Source of the DNA: Candidatus Zhuqueibacterota bacterium | Lineage (GTDB): Bacteria; Zhuqueibacterota; Zhuqueibacteria; Thermofontimicrobiales; Thermofontimicrobiaceae | Reading direction: 5' to 3' | Assembly (NCBI GenBank): GCA_049322915.1 | Contig: JBMOPW010000004.1 | Location: 99,343-163,342 of the forward strand | DNA length: 64,000 nt | Shown: positions 44,101 through 54,032 of the stretch, piece after piece | Position numbering within the stretch: position 1 is the first letter of the stretch | Layout of the letters: each line of letters opens with the position of its first letter | Position numbers and translations under genes: made by a program | Notes under the pieces: generated by a model | Database searches by the model: none | Seen by the model: only the letters and a program-made list of their open reading frames with translations | Told to the model about the DNA's origin: nothing

Positions 44101-44464
44101 GAAACCTCCATAAATTAAAATTTAATATATAGATAGTAGTTAAACTAAATCGCTGACAAGTAATTCTAAGTTTGCTAGATTACATCCTGCACTATCATAA
44201 TTCTATATCCTAAAACGACGATAACGGCAAAGCCATTTGTGGAAGAATTTTGTAATTTTTCTGGAAATTATTCAGCCCGCGTAACGTGCTGTAAAGTATG
44301 CTATACATAAAATGGCTTATTGTGCAACCAATACCTACCAAAATTCAAACACCGTATGTTGCTTTGCTAAAAAAACATATCCTGCCATCTGAAAAGATTC
44401 CTGACTTTTTTTAAGAAAAGTTCCATTATTAGAAATTTGATCATTTCAAGAACTCCGCTGTTAT

Positions 44465-44917
44465 TTAAAAAGATAATTGTTGAAATTCTCTTTCCACCTC
44501 GTTTATCCCATGCCCAAAAACACCGAAAGTCTCCTGGGGAAATTTCCCCAAATAAAACCCGGCCTTGCTGCCGGCTAATGAAGCGTCGATGTGCAGGCAA
44601 AATCCTTCCAGGTTGCTTTGCTGCCAATCCCAGTTTTTTGCCGGCTCGATCCACAGAAAATTTGGTTGAATGGCCACTAAATGCTCTGCCAATTTTTCCA
44701 CCACGGTATTTTTTGAACCCAAAATATATCCACTGCCCCAACTGGAAAAATCCTTCTGCCCGGCAATAAATTCCTCCACAGATCCTTCTGCAAGACACGC
44801 TTCATCAATCGCATGGTTTATGCGATGGATAATATCAGTTTTATTGATCGTTTTCAATGGAATTAGCTTTTCGAGAGATTTCTGTTTTTTAAATAGAAAA
44901 ATTTTTAAGAAACCCAT
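44465..44917 (-). CDS. Hypothetical protein
   Basis: GGAG RBS; MGFLKIFLFKK start; co-oriented with the island genes. Confidence 0.5.
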   Translation of the reverse strand: MGFLKIFLFKKQKSLEKLIPLKTINKTDIIHRINHAIDEACLAEGSVEEFIAGQKDFSSWGSGYILGSKNTVVEKLAEHLVAIQPNFLWIEPAKNWDWQQSNLEGFCLHIDASLAGSKAGFYLGKFPQETFGVFGHGINEVEREFQQLSF

Positions 44918-45008
44918 TAATTACTCCGCCTGATCATAACAATAAAATTCGTATCCTGTATGAATTTGATCTCGTCCATGCTCTGCCACATAATTATACG
45001 TATCCGAA

Positions 45009-45926
45009 TTACATGCCAACAAATTCCGGGCCGTTTTTGATATGCAGAAAAAGATTCACGCCTTCAGGCTCCTGGCCAACACGAATATTTTTCGGATCGA
45101 TCCCGCTCGATGTGGCCAGCGCGATGAGCCTGTCCGCGCTGCGATGATTCAGGTGCCAGTCGCCCACAATTTCCATGTAATTGCGCGTTGGATTTTCCGT
45201 TGAAAAGTTGCCGATCACCATTTCTCCATTTTCTTCCAGGAATGATGTATATCGGTTGAGCAGCCGAACGAACGTGTTGTCATCGAAATAGTCGAAAAGT
45301 CCGCCGGACCAGATGAGGCGATAGCGTTTGTCCGTCCTGAATTTGAACGCGTTTTTGTTCATGAAATTAATGTGGTTAAGATATGGCGAACAAATGGTTG
45401 TCGCGTATTCTATTGCTTTCGGATCGAATTCGATGCAATCGAACATCATTCTTCCATTGGAATTGGAGCTGTAAAAATCGAGCAAGTCCCTCGCCGGCCC
45501 GCTGGCTACATTCAGGATATGTATCGGACTGTCGGTTTTGCAATTGGACTTTTCTATTTGGTTCAGCAGATTGATAAAATAATCTTTCCTGTTGCGAACC
45601 GCTCTCGGTGCATTATGCCAGTGGAAATAGTGATCCCAATTCACGAGATCCGGAACAGGGGACAGATGCCCGGTATAAATTTTGTCGATAATTTCGAAAT
45701 CGCCGTTATAACCGTGTGGCTTTTGAAAACTGAATCCTTGCATGGTTTCCGGGCCAAGGGCCGGGCCGAATGCCTCCCGAATGGCAGATAAATCGTTCGT
45801 ACTGACATCTCCGCTTACGATTTCATTGTTCAATACTCGCAGCCAGGAATTCAGTTGGCGATATTCCGATTTGACCGGACCTCCGCGGTCCACCATGTTC
45901 CGGATGAAGGAGATGTGTTGCTGCAT
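45009..45926 (-). CDS. Class I SAM-dependent methyltransferase, PhcB-like
   Basis: KPHGYNGDFEIIDKIY, AVRNRK, ILNVASGPAR, GLFDYF, IGNF; AAGGA RBS before MQQ. Confidence 0.8.
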   Translation of the reverse strand: MQQHISFIRNMVDRGGPVKSEYRQLNSWLRVLNNEIVSGDVSTNDLSAIREAFGPALGPETMQGFSFQKPHGYNGDFEIIDKIYTGHLSPVPDLVNWDHYFHWHNAPRAVRNRKDYFINLLNQIEKSNCKTDSPIHILNVASGPARDLLDFYSSNSNGRMMFDCIEFDPKAIEYATTICSPYLNHINFMNKNAFKFRTDKRYRLIWSGGLFDYFDDNTFVRLLNRYTSFLEENGEMVIGNFSTENPTRNYMEIVGDWHLNHRSADRLIALATSSGIDPKNIRVGQEPEGVNLFLHIKNGPEFVGM

Positions 45927-45949
45927 GGGTTTCCTTTCATATTTTAATT

Positions 45950-46402
45950 TCATAGCTGCCCTGTCACAAGTCGATAGAGAATAATTGCCAATGACCCTGC
46001 TGCAAAAATTCCGAAAAAATAAAGATATTCCATTCCAAATCTTTTCCATGAGAATTTGGATTTTGCCCAATCCGGTATTTCCCCTTCAAATGTTACTGTA
46101 AGGCTGCCAACTCGAAATAAAATATATGCCGGTAGGTAGAAAAACAGGATAAGTAAAGGGACTCCAAAAATTAATTGCGGTATTTGTGCAATAAGAGCAG
46201 GTAATAACCCTGAGGTAGCAATAAAAAGAACTCGTTCATTTAAAAAACGTTTGTTAGAATATTCAGGTTTTTGCTCATTATAAGTTTGATTCTGTTGGGG
46301 ATCCAGCTTTCTTAAACAATCACGGCAAGAAGGTTTTTTATCCCAAACAAATGAATTCCTGAACGATAATTTTGCACCACAATAAAAACAATTTTGAGCC
46401 AT
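45950..46402 (-). CDS. Zn-ribbon membrane protein
   Basis: CFYC...CRDC followed by about three TM segments. Confidence 0.6.
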   Translation of the reverse strand: MAQNCFYCGAKLSFRNSFVWDKKPSCRDCLRKLDPQQNQTYNEQKPEYSNKRFLNERVLFIATSGLLPALIAQIPQLIFGVPLLILFFYLPAYILFRVGSLTVTFEGEIPDWAKSKFSWKRFGMEYLYFFGIFAAGSLAIILYRLVTGQL

Positions 46403-46517
46403 AATTAACCTTTCAATTTTATAATTGCAAATATTTTTAAAATTAGAATTGATTTAATACCAATATCACTTCGGACCGATGACAACAACGACAATAATAA
46501 ACAGTACTATTATCTCC

Positions 46518-47201
46518 CTACAGAAATAAATTCAATCCAACAGTCGGTTCCATCCACATCCGCGTTCCCCCGCTGTAATGATAAAAATGCCCGTTTATCT
46601 GCAAGTCCAGGACGATCTTTTCGTGAACCTGCACCATACCGCCACCTCCCAGCGAGGTGCATATAGTCGATCCTTCATCCTGAAATTTGATTGTGCCCCA
46701 ATAGGTTTTTTCATAACCGTATGAGCCTTCCGGCACAGGAACTATTGCATAATAATTCGCTTGGGTAATGCCCTTTCGGTTATGATAGCCAACACTAGCT
46801 CGCAGGTATGGAATCAGTTTGTCTTTTGGGGGGAATAAATATCTCAATCCAAAGTTGAATTGTGAAATACTGCCGCCCGTTGTTTCAAGCTTTTCAAAAT
46901 CAGCGTCGGCATCGATGTCGCCAGCTTGTCGGACTAATTTTTCATCCGATTTCAAAGTCGATTTGAAAAAGGAAAAATCAATGATGTATTTTGAGTTAAC
47001 TTGATAGGCGAAGCTGAAACCAAACTTTTTCAAAGCTACGTATTTGTCAGTATCATCTCCTTTGTAGGGCACAAAAATAGAGAAGGAGGGGCCGAGCATG
47101 AACTTTTTAATGTTTGAAGGATTGTTGGCTTGGCCCAAAATGTTTTCAGAAATAAGCAATACAATGACGAATATGACAACAATACAAATCCTGTTTTTCA
47201 T
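46518..47201 (-). CDS. Outer-membrane beta-barrel protein
   Basis: Signal peptide; amphipathic strands (FNFGLRYLF, IPYLRASVGY); C-terminal VGLNLFL. Confidence 0.7.
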   Translation of the reverse strand: MKNRICIVVIFVIVLLISENILGQANNPSNIKKFMLGPSFSIFVPYKGDDTDKYVALKKFGFSFAYQVNSKYIIDFSFFKSTLKSDEKLVRQAGDIDADADFEKLETTGGSISQFNFGLRYLFPPKDKLIPYLRASVGYHNRKGITQANYYAIVPVPEGSYGYEKTYWGTIKFQDEGSTICTSLGGGGMVQVHEKIVLDLQINGHFYHYSGGTRMWMEPTVGLNLFL

Positions 47202-47215
47202 TTAGTATTCTCCGA

Positions 47216-47791
47216 TTATTTAAATTTATCCATAACCAAAATGGACTGAGCCTTCACCTCATCATTCGTTTCTTTCCCGCTAACCTGGCTTACCTTTTCT
47301 TTGAGCATGTCATACGTCATATTAATATACCCAAACGCTTGTTTCGGTTTGTTGGTGAACAGAATCCCTTCATATTTTGCAGCGATTGAATATGCTACAT
47401 TGGATTCTGTTTCTCCCTTTAGCTGTTTTAGTTTTTCCAAATCAATGTTTTTCAGAATGACGCTGAATCCTTTCCAGGCTTCCATGCGTTTTGCATCGTT
47501 TTCTGATGAGTCCATAATAGCCAGCAAATCTTTGACGATGACTGTTTTCAACCCATTTTTTTGTTGTAACAGCGGAAGCACCTCGCCCATTACGCCCATG
47601 GCTGAAAATCCTTTGGCTTTTTCTATTTTGCGGACTAGCTTTTGGTCATTCTTTGTCAGATCAATGAAGTCATTCACTTTTTTATGAACATCAACATCCG
47701 GGGATGAGAATTTCAAACCAGCTTGTTGAGAGGCGCAACCGAGAATTAACAATGTTATTATAATTGAGAAAAGTTGTTTTATTCGAACCAT
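47216..47791 (-). CDS. Putative lipoprotein
   Basis: Lipobox ILGC; AAGGAG RBS. Confidence 0.65.
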   Translation of the reverse strand: MVRIKQLFSIIITLLILGCASQQAGLKFSSPDVDVHKKVNDFIDLTKNDQKLVRKIEKAKGFSAMGVMGEVLPLLQQKNGLKTVIVKDLLAIMDSSENDAKRMEAWKGFSVILKNIDLEKLKQLKGETESNVAYSIAAKYEGILFTNKPKQAFGYINMTYDMLKEKVSQVSGKETNDEVKAQSILVMDKFK

Positions 47792-47827
47792 GATGTTACT
47801 CCTTCTGTTTTTAAGGTTTATTAAAAT

Positions 47828-49012
47828 TTAGCGATCTGTATAAATTGTTTTGTTCCCAATGGTAATGGAGTTTTCTGTAACTGAAGGCCTTCCTTCTCCG
47901 TTTTTGAACAGGTCTACTATCTGGCCATATTTTTTCGTAATTGGAACAGATATTTTACGAACTGAGCTGCTTGTTTCAATTTTCAAAAACTCATCGAATA
48001 CATCATTCTTAATATATTCCATTTCAATGTGAGTTACCAATCCTGAAAGATGTCTTGTATGGAACCTGAACCAGAGGGTTTTATACTTTTGCCAGGCAAA
48101 TAATCGCACCGATGCGTTCTTTTGATGATCAGGATTCATTTGGTTAATGAGTTCAAAATAGTTTTTATCAATTTCTTCTTTTTGTGTTTGGTACAAATTA
48201 TGGTAACGGTCTGTCTGGGCCATCATCGCATCGAAACCCATATTGGAATAAATGGCAGGTTTATTTCGGTCGAGATAGTTCAGTATGCTGACAATTGTGT
48301 TGTATGATTTCGTAATCTCATTCTTCTTTGCAGACTCCTCTATTCTAATTTTTTCCATTTTGTTTTTTGCTTCATCAATATTCTGCCCGTTTGGGTATCT
48401 TTTTAAATACAAGTCAAATGAAGCAACCGAATTTTCTTTTGATGCTCTTGTGAAAAATTCATTTTCCGGGTATTCGAATGATGTGTCTGCCTTGGCTTTT
48501 TGATAGGAGACGTCGTATAGTTTTTCCTGGGCTTTGTTAGAATATTTACCTGAGGGATTTTTTTCTAAAAAGCCTTGGTAGGAAGTGATCGAATTGGTTT
48601 TGCGTGCTAACGAAAAATCCAATAACTCCTTGGCTTGGGACAAATAACTGTGTTGAGGATTTTTACTGATGAAATTTTTCAATGTATCGATATTGGGATT
48701 GGCTTCCAATAGGTTAAATTCGTATTTTTCTATTTTCAATTTTGCGCTATCGGTCCAGATTGTCCCCTCATTTTCTGTAATGAAATTTTTATACAATTTC
48801 AAATCAAAGGTATCTTTAATGCTTTCAAAATTGATTCGGGCAATTTCATTCCTGGCAGCAATTGCATACTTACCTTCCGGAAATTCTGAAAGAAAATTAG
48901 TGAATGCTTCCACCGTATTTATAGATTTCGCTTCATCGAAAGCTTTTTTAGATTTGCTGCATGAAAATAGAATAATAAATATGAGTAGAAAAATAAAATA
49001 TTTTGAACGCAT
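47828..49012 (-). CDS. Lipoprotein with five ~35-aa helical repeats
   Basis: Lipobox LFSC; repeats of F..A...N(T/S)...(F/Y)..FL...P.G.Y...A. Confidence 0.7.
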   Translation of the reverse strand: MRSKYFIFLLIFIILFSCSKSKKAFDEAKSINTVEAFTNFLSEFPEGKYAIAARNEIARINFESIKDTFDLKLYKNFITENEGTIWTDSAKLKIEKYEFNLLEANPNIDTLKNFISKNPQHSYLSQAKELLDFSLARKTNSITSYQGFLEKNPSGKYSNKAQEKLYDVSYQKAKADTSFEYPENEFFTRASKENSVASFDLYLKRYPNGQNIDEAKNKMEKIRIEESAKKNEITKSYNTIVSILNYLDRNKPAIYSNMGFDAMMAQTDRYHNLYQTQKEEIDKNYFELINQMNPDHQKNASVRLFAWQKYKTLWFRFHTRHLSGLVTHIEMEYIKNDVFDEFLKIETSSSVRKISVPITKKYGQIVDLFKNGEGRPSVTENSITIGNKTIYTDR

Positions 49013-49086
49013 GATAAGCTCCCTTAGCGTATTTTGGGAAATCTAAATGAAATCAGTTTTTAAGTCCTGAATTTTGAGATGATATT

Positions 49087-49791
49087 TTAAAACAAAAATC
49101 CCAGCTTCACCATCATCACCGAATTGGCAATCTCGGCTTCGTCCAGCACTGAACCCATTCCGCGATAGTAACGGGCGTCGGCGGTTATGCCAGACGGGAA
49201 TTCGATGCCAATGCCGAGGATATAGCCAAATTCGGTGCCTTCGAATTCATCGAAATCCTCTTCCTCCTGGTCGGAGTCGTCGCCGGAACTGACTTCAACC
49301 ATAAGTTTGGAACTGGACAAAAACGAAATCACCGGGCCGCCGAACAAAACAAATTGAGATGTGTAGCTCTGGTTCAGTTTTTTCAGTTTCAGGAGAAGCG
49401 GAATTTCGATATAGTTGAGCTTGTATACAATTTTTGTATCAAAGTTGTAACGCTCGCCTGTGTAATCATCCCTGAATGAAATATCACCGGAATAATTAGC
49501 GCCGCGCATGGTATAATTAAATTCAGGCTGGAGCACGAGCACGTCGTTCATTCGATATTGAAAAAAATACCCGAATGAGAATCCGAGCCGCGAACCTTTG
49601 GTGAACGATCCGCCGGACATGCCCATTTCGCTGAAAGCCGAGCTGAATGCATCGACCATTTCTTCAGCGTCCTTGCCTATCCAGTTAGCCATGTTAAAAC
49701 TGGATGAAATACCGTGTTTGATCGGCGAGGTTTGAGCAAAAGAGAGTGTGGCGCATAAGAGCAGAATTAGTGTGCAAGTAGTTTTCTTCAT
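49087..49791 (-). CDS. PorT/porin-family outer-membrane beta-barrel
   Basis: Signal peptide; LQPEFNYTMRG, LNYIEIPLLLK, GPVISF, DARYYRG; C-terminal Phe. Confidence 0.8.
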   Translation of the reverse strand: MKKTTCTLILLLCATLSFAQTSPIKHGISSSFNMANWIGKDAEEMVDAFSSAFSEMGMSGGSFTKGSRLGFSFGYFFQYRMNDVLVLQPEFNYTMRGANYSGDISFRDDYTGERYNFDTKIVYKLNYIEIPLLLKLKKLNQSYTSQFVLFGGPVISFLSSSKLMVEVSSGDDSDQEEEDFDEFEGTEFGYILGIGIEFPSGITADARYYRGMGSVLDEAEIANSVMMVKLGFLF

Positions 49792-50055
49792 TGTTTCTCC
49801 TAAGTCGGATAAACCGGAAATTGCAAAACTCAATAACCAAATAACATGCAAATTACAAAGCCAAATTTCAAAAAATCAAACTCGGACAGGTTCGTCTGGT
49901 TGTTCATTTTTGAAAAATGTTTGAAAATTGATATTTTGTAATTTGGAATTTATTTGATATCAGCTAAAGGCTTGTGCGTCCTCTGGCGCATTGAATTTTA
50001 TTTTTAAGGAACTAACATTTTTTTAAATATTTTCTCACTGAAATCAACTATTTTT

Positions 50056-50256
50056 CTAAATCCCTTCCCCTCGACTAATCGCTTCCATCACAATTCTTCT
50101 GGCGGCTCGGGCGCCACCGTCGTTGGGATTAAGCTGCAGCGCTTTTTCGTAGCAGGCCAATGCTTCACGATAGCGTTTCTGGTAGGCAAGGTCCTGTCCT
50201 TTGTAAAACCACTGTCTGGCTTCTTCTGCTAAATTGCCTTTGTTTTTAAAAAACAT
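50056..50256 (-). CDS. Small single-TPR protein
   Basis: WFYKGQDLAYQKRYREALACYEKALQLNPND; GGAGG RBS. Confidence 0.7.
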   Translation of the reverse strand: MFFKNKGNLAEEARQWFYKGQDLAYQKRYREALACYEKALQLNPNDGGARAARRIVMEAISRGEGI

Positions 50257-50444
50257 AATTTCCTCCAATAATGTTAACATATTCAATAGTTATTGTTTTA
50301 ATTATAAGTACATATTTTTGCACTGTACAGAGAAATGTCCAAAATAAAAAAGGAACTGGAAATTGGACTTTTCATTTCCCATTTTCCGGTTCCCAATTTT
50401 CCGTTAAACTAATTCAGAGGATTGTGCTCTTAGTTTCTATTTGA

Positions 50445-50921
50445 TTACTGAATACTGTCTCCTGTGGAAGAGAAATCCTTAACCAGGTGGCACTTGTCGA
50501 GTTTTTCCCTGCCTTCAACAGCGCTGAGAAGGACAAGATTAGTGCGGGCTTTCAGAAATCCCATTTTAACCTGCTGTTCCAGGTAATAGGTTTGGCCGGC
50601 TTTAAGATTCAGAATCTGCTCGCTCTTGTTTTCGGATTGGGACATCAATTGATGCCGGCCCGGGTCCAAAAGCATGTACAGGTAGCGTTGGCCGGTGGTG
50701 GTGCCCACTTTTTTATTGTCGCAGAAAACATCCATGCCCACGGCGAATCCGTATGTTGTGGGGCGAATAACGTACACGAGCGCTTTGTCTTCCGGCACGG
50801 CCACGGCTTTGGCGCGTTGATCCAGGGCAAGGTCTGCCTTGGGCATGGAACCGGCGCAGGAAAACAGAATCGAACATACAAAGAACAGGAAGAGTACGTA
50901 GATTAATTTTTGTCTTTTCAT
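50445..50921 (-). CDS. DUF2846-type lipoprotein
   Basis: Lipobox LFSCA; KALVYVIRP, LDPGRHQL, AGQTYYLEQ. Confidence 0.8.
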   Translation of the reverse strand: MKRQKLIYVLFLFFVCSILFSCAGSMPKADLALDQRAKAVAVPEDKALVYVIRPTTYGFAVGMDVFCDNKKVGTTTGQRYLYMLLDPGRHQLMSQSENKSEQILNLKAGQTYYLEQQVKMGFLKARTNLVLLSAVEGREKLDKCHLVKDFSSTGDSIQ

Positions 50922-51013
50922 CAGGTGCTCCATTTATCTTTAAGAAGCATGAAAACGATCGTTGCAAGCTGTTTGAATTTAGCGTATTCGATTTATTAAT
51001 TTTGTTTTGGAGA

Positions 51014-51628
51014 TTAGAAAAGGTACCGCATGTTCAACAGCACACCTTTGGAGTTGGGCACGTACGAAAATGAATATTTAAGATTTTCAGGAATGAAGCC
51101 GGATAAATTGCTTTCATTATAAATCGTTTCCCATTTATGCTGTGACGCGCCGTAAATTCCGCCGATGATCAAACCGCCGATGGTGAAACCAATGGTCATA
51201 TTTCGAATCACTTCATCGCCGTTGGTGACGGTTTCGCCGTTCATCAGGGCTTGATTTTCAGCGTCGTTCACGCCCTGCACAGCGCCGAGAAAACCGGACA
51301 ATCCGCCGATCAGCGCGCCCCAGATGGCGTATTCAGCAGCTTTTGTTCCGCGGCTGATTTTGATCAGGTAGACGTTATTGAGTCCGATATTTTCTTCATT
51401 GGAAATTATACCGGGGGCGGTGGCAGGTTTGAAGGTCAGCACGTCATCCAAAATGCTCAGGCTGTTGACATTGTACAGCGTGGTGGACTCGTCATTGAGG
51501 TAAATCATCGCTTTGGAGTACTGGTGGCTTCCCGGAAAGAATAATTCGGCGGAGGTTCCATTCTGAGAAAATGCCTGCACAGAAAGAGAAAGTAGAATGA
51601 GTAAAGAGAGCGTGATTTTTTTCTTCAT
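51014..51628 (-). CDS. Exported/membrane protein with glycine-zipper helices
   Basis: Signal peptide; GALIGGLSGFLG and GFTIGGLIIGGIYG. Confidence 0.65.
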   Translation of the reverse strand: MKKKITLSLLILLSLSVQAFSQNGTSAELFFPGSHQYSKAMIYLNDESTTLYNVNSLSILDDVLTFKPATAPGIISNEENIGLNNVYLIKISRGTKAAEYAIWGALIGGLSGFLGAVQGVNDAENQALMNGETVTNGDEVIRNMTIGFTIGGLIIGGIYGASQHKWETIYNESNLSGFIPENLKYSFSYVPNSKGVLLNMRYLF

Positions 51629-51855
51629 GTAGCGTTACTCCTGAAAAAAAATTATTAGTAAATGAAGTGATTTAGTTATTTTTAAATTTTTTCCGGATTG
51701 AAGTAAAACAAAGGCTGCTCAAATTCGAGATAATCCATTGAAATCGGATTTGTATGTTTGTTTCACGTATCTGAATAGAGCAGCTCTTTGCTCGATGTGA
51801 TGGAAGGTGCGGGTCCATCATCGTGTTAAAATGCATGAAGCATGTCAACGTAATG

Positions 51856-51884
51856 AAGACGTATGAGTTGTGAAGATTTTGCAA
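51856..51884 (-). promoter_or_regulatory. ECF-type promoter motif, copy C
   Basis: Minus strand TTGCAAAATCTTCACAACTCATACGTCTT. Confidence 0.7.
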
Positions 51885-52065
51885 AAAGTTTGAATTGATG
51901 TAAATATTTTAATCATTTGGTCTGGTCAATTATGTTTTGATGATGCGAATTTCCGATTCATACCATCAAATTCATGAGCGAGAAATTTGTACTCTTAATC
52001 CGGTTGATTCCCCGGAATTAGAGAACTGGTGGAAAGTGAGAATCGATTTCCCGCTAAGATCCAGA

Positions 52066-52380
52066 TTAATAGTTGCCGGACAAAAGAAGCTCCCATAAGG
52101 CATACCTCGCTCCGGTAGAACCGCATTGGGGGCATTTCATGGTGTCTCTTCGGGCTGAGTGAGGTTCACAATAGATTGTGCCACAATCGTAACAGGCAGC
52201 AAGTCCTGTGTGTCCGTGGGCGATATACCAGGTCGGTTTCTTTTGTTCAAACGTTGTCCGCCAGTTTGCGTCAACTTCGTATTCACACCAGTAATTGCAT
52301 TTGAAACATTCAGCGCGAAGTTTAATTGTTCTATTAGGACGAGCCAGATCTGCACCGTTTTGTCTTGTCTGAATATTCAT
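52066..52380 (-). CDS. Small Cys/His-rich Zn-binding protein
   Basis: CFKC...CYDCGTIYCEPH...CPQCG; GGAGA RBS. Confidence 0.6.
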   Translation of the reverse strand: MNIQTRQNGADLARPNRTIKLRAECFKCNYWCEYEVDANWRTTFEQKKPTWYIAHGHTGLAACYDCGTIYCEPHSARRDTMKCPQCGSTGARYALWELLLSGNY

Positions 52381-52481
52381 TGTTTATCTCCGGAATAATG
52401 TGTGCAATATTTTCACTATCAAGCTTTTAAAAAATGGTTTGGTATACCCACTAGGACTGCGTTTGGGTTTGGTTGCCAGAA

Positions 52482-52814
52482 TTACAAACTTCGAAATCCA
52501 TCCAGCGTTATTTTTGCTTTTTGATGTCCCTGCCGTGAAGCCTTTTCCATTAACTCCACCGCTTTATCGAAGCTCTGCGGAACACCCTCGCCGGCGCCAT
52601 AGAGCACGCCCAAATTAAACTGCGCTTCAGCGAGACCTTTGCCGGCAGCTTTCTTATACCAATACGCGGCCTCGCGTAAATCCTGATTGACTCCTTTGCC
52701 GTATTCGTAGGCTTCGCCAAGTTTATTCTGGGCAAGCGCATCGCCCTGTTCTGCTTTTTCTTTCAACGCCTGAATGTTGGTGCCGCCGAAGATTTTTTTG
52801 AAAAAATTTGACAT
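52482..52814 (-). CDS. Sel1-repeat protein
   Basis: AQNKLGEAYEYGKGVNQD...WYKKAA and AQFNLGVLYGAGEGVPQ. Confidence 0.85.
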   Translation of the reverse strand: MSNFFKKIFGGTNIQALKEKAEQGDALAQNKLGEAYEYGKGVNQDLREAAYWYKKAAGKGLAEAQFNLGVLYGAGEGVPQSFDKAVELMEKASRQGHQKAKITLDGFRSL

Positions 52815-52900
52815 GGGTTTGTCCTAGATTTTATTTTAGCTCTCGATTGTTATTACTTAAGATTTATGAAAACGGGCATACATGGAATTCGGTCGATTGA

Positions 52901-53809
52901 TTAACTTGTTTTTCGAACGATCCATCCCAATAAACCAAAGAGAAACTCGAGTCCGCCAAAAATGATCGCACCAATCCAGATGGTATGTTCAGCGATCGCG
53001 GTGGCGAATATTCCAAGCAATAAAATGCTAAGCCCGATTCCAATATGTTTGGTGAATTTTTGTAAATCATCGCCTTTTTTGATTACATCACGTTTTTCAA
53101 CATTGGTCGTAATTTCGGACTGGCAGGCAGGGCAAGTTTCAATCGAGTTAACGACCAGACTCCCGCACTTTGCACAATCGATGACATAGTCTTCATTTTC
53201 AGCTTTCCCATTTTCAGGTTTAGCGGATTTGAATTTCCGGGTGAGCAATGTCCTCGCTTCGGCGAATTTCTTTTTTTGCAGATCAGTAAAATCTATTGCA
53301 TAAAGTGAGCGCTTGTGCTTGCCTTTTTGCAGGGTGTCGCTACTCAGTATAAAATCGATACTCCCGGCGCCGGAACCCTTCACATTGAATAAAATAGCTT
53401 TGATTTCACTGAATAAAAATTCTTTGTCGATTTTATTTGGGATTAAATTCGAAGTTAAATTTAGCAGACCTGATGTGAGTTTACCGATTGCGCCGGAGCC
53501 GCCAGTTTTAATTTGAATTTTATTTTCATAAATGTGTAATTCAGTAAGCATACCTTTGGCGATAAGCAACGGCTCAGAATTATTGGGACTGGATTGCGGC
53601 TTTTCAGGCGCATGTTTCAAATTATCTTTTCGAATTGTTTCCTGAACAGGAATTTTCGATGTATCCCCCTTAAACAATTTCCCGCCACATTTTTCGTTAA
53701 ATTTTTTGGGATAGGATTGAACATTTTCATGAATTTCAGAACAGACTCCGATGCTACTGTCGTAATAGTCGCAATGGGGGCAGTAGTCTTCCATTGATAG
53801 GTTAGCCAT
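52901..53809 (-). CDS. Membrane-anchored protein with Cys-rich N-terminus, beta-rich (PH-like) middle domain and Zn ribbon
   Basis: CPHC..C..C; CAKC...CPAC; two C-terminal TM helices; GAGGGGAG RBS. Confidence 0.65.
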   Translation of the reverse strand: MANLSMEDYCPHCDYYDSSIGVCSEIHENVQSYPKKFNEKCGGKLFKGDTSKIPVQETIRKDNLKHAPEKPQSSPNNSEPLLIAKGMLTELHIYENKIQIKTGGSGAIGKLTSGLLNLTSNLIPNKIDKEFLFSEIKAILFNVKGSGAGSIDFILSSDTLQKGKHKRSLYAIDFTDLQKKKFAEARTLLTRKFKSAKPENGKAENEDYVIDCAKCGSLVVNSIETCPACQSEITTNVEKRDVIKKGDDLQKFTKHIGIGLSILLLGIFATAIAEHTIWIGAIIFGGLEFLFGLLGWIVRKTS

Positions 53810-53876
53810 TTAAAATCTCCCTCGATATTAGTAAAATGTTATGTCTCTTTTTGGAGAACCGTATACTAACATAAGA

Positions 53877-53905
53877 AAGACGCATCAGTTGTGAAAATTT
53901 TGCAA
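53877..53905 (-). promoter_or_regulatory. ECF-type promoter motif, copy B
   Basis: Minus strand TTGCAAAATTTTCACAACTGATGCGTCTT; 26/29 identical to copy C. Confidence 0.7.
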
Positions 53906-54032
53906 TTATTCAAAAGTGAATGAAAAAAAGAGAGGGTTCCGGGTAAGTTTGTGAAGAGAAATCGAAGCATTAAAACGAAAATGGATTCTTGGGGATATAG
54001 AGAGGCAACAATAACTGCTCATTTAAAAAAAG

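Noticed and set aside
44215..44255. Possible fourth copy of the island ECF promoter
   Set aside because: GACG and TTTTGTAA-like parts are present but not at the N15 spacing, so the match is too weak.
49849..49945. Imperfect AT-rich inverted repeat (CAAATTACAAA / TTTGTAATTTG)
   Set aside because: It is low-complexity and single-copy here; at most a MITE remnant.
42285..53809. Integron cassette array
   Set aside because: The genes are co-oriented and mosaic, but I found no integron integrase and no recurring RYYYAAC...GTTRRRY attC palindromes in the spacers.
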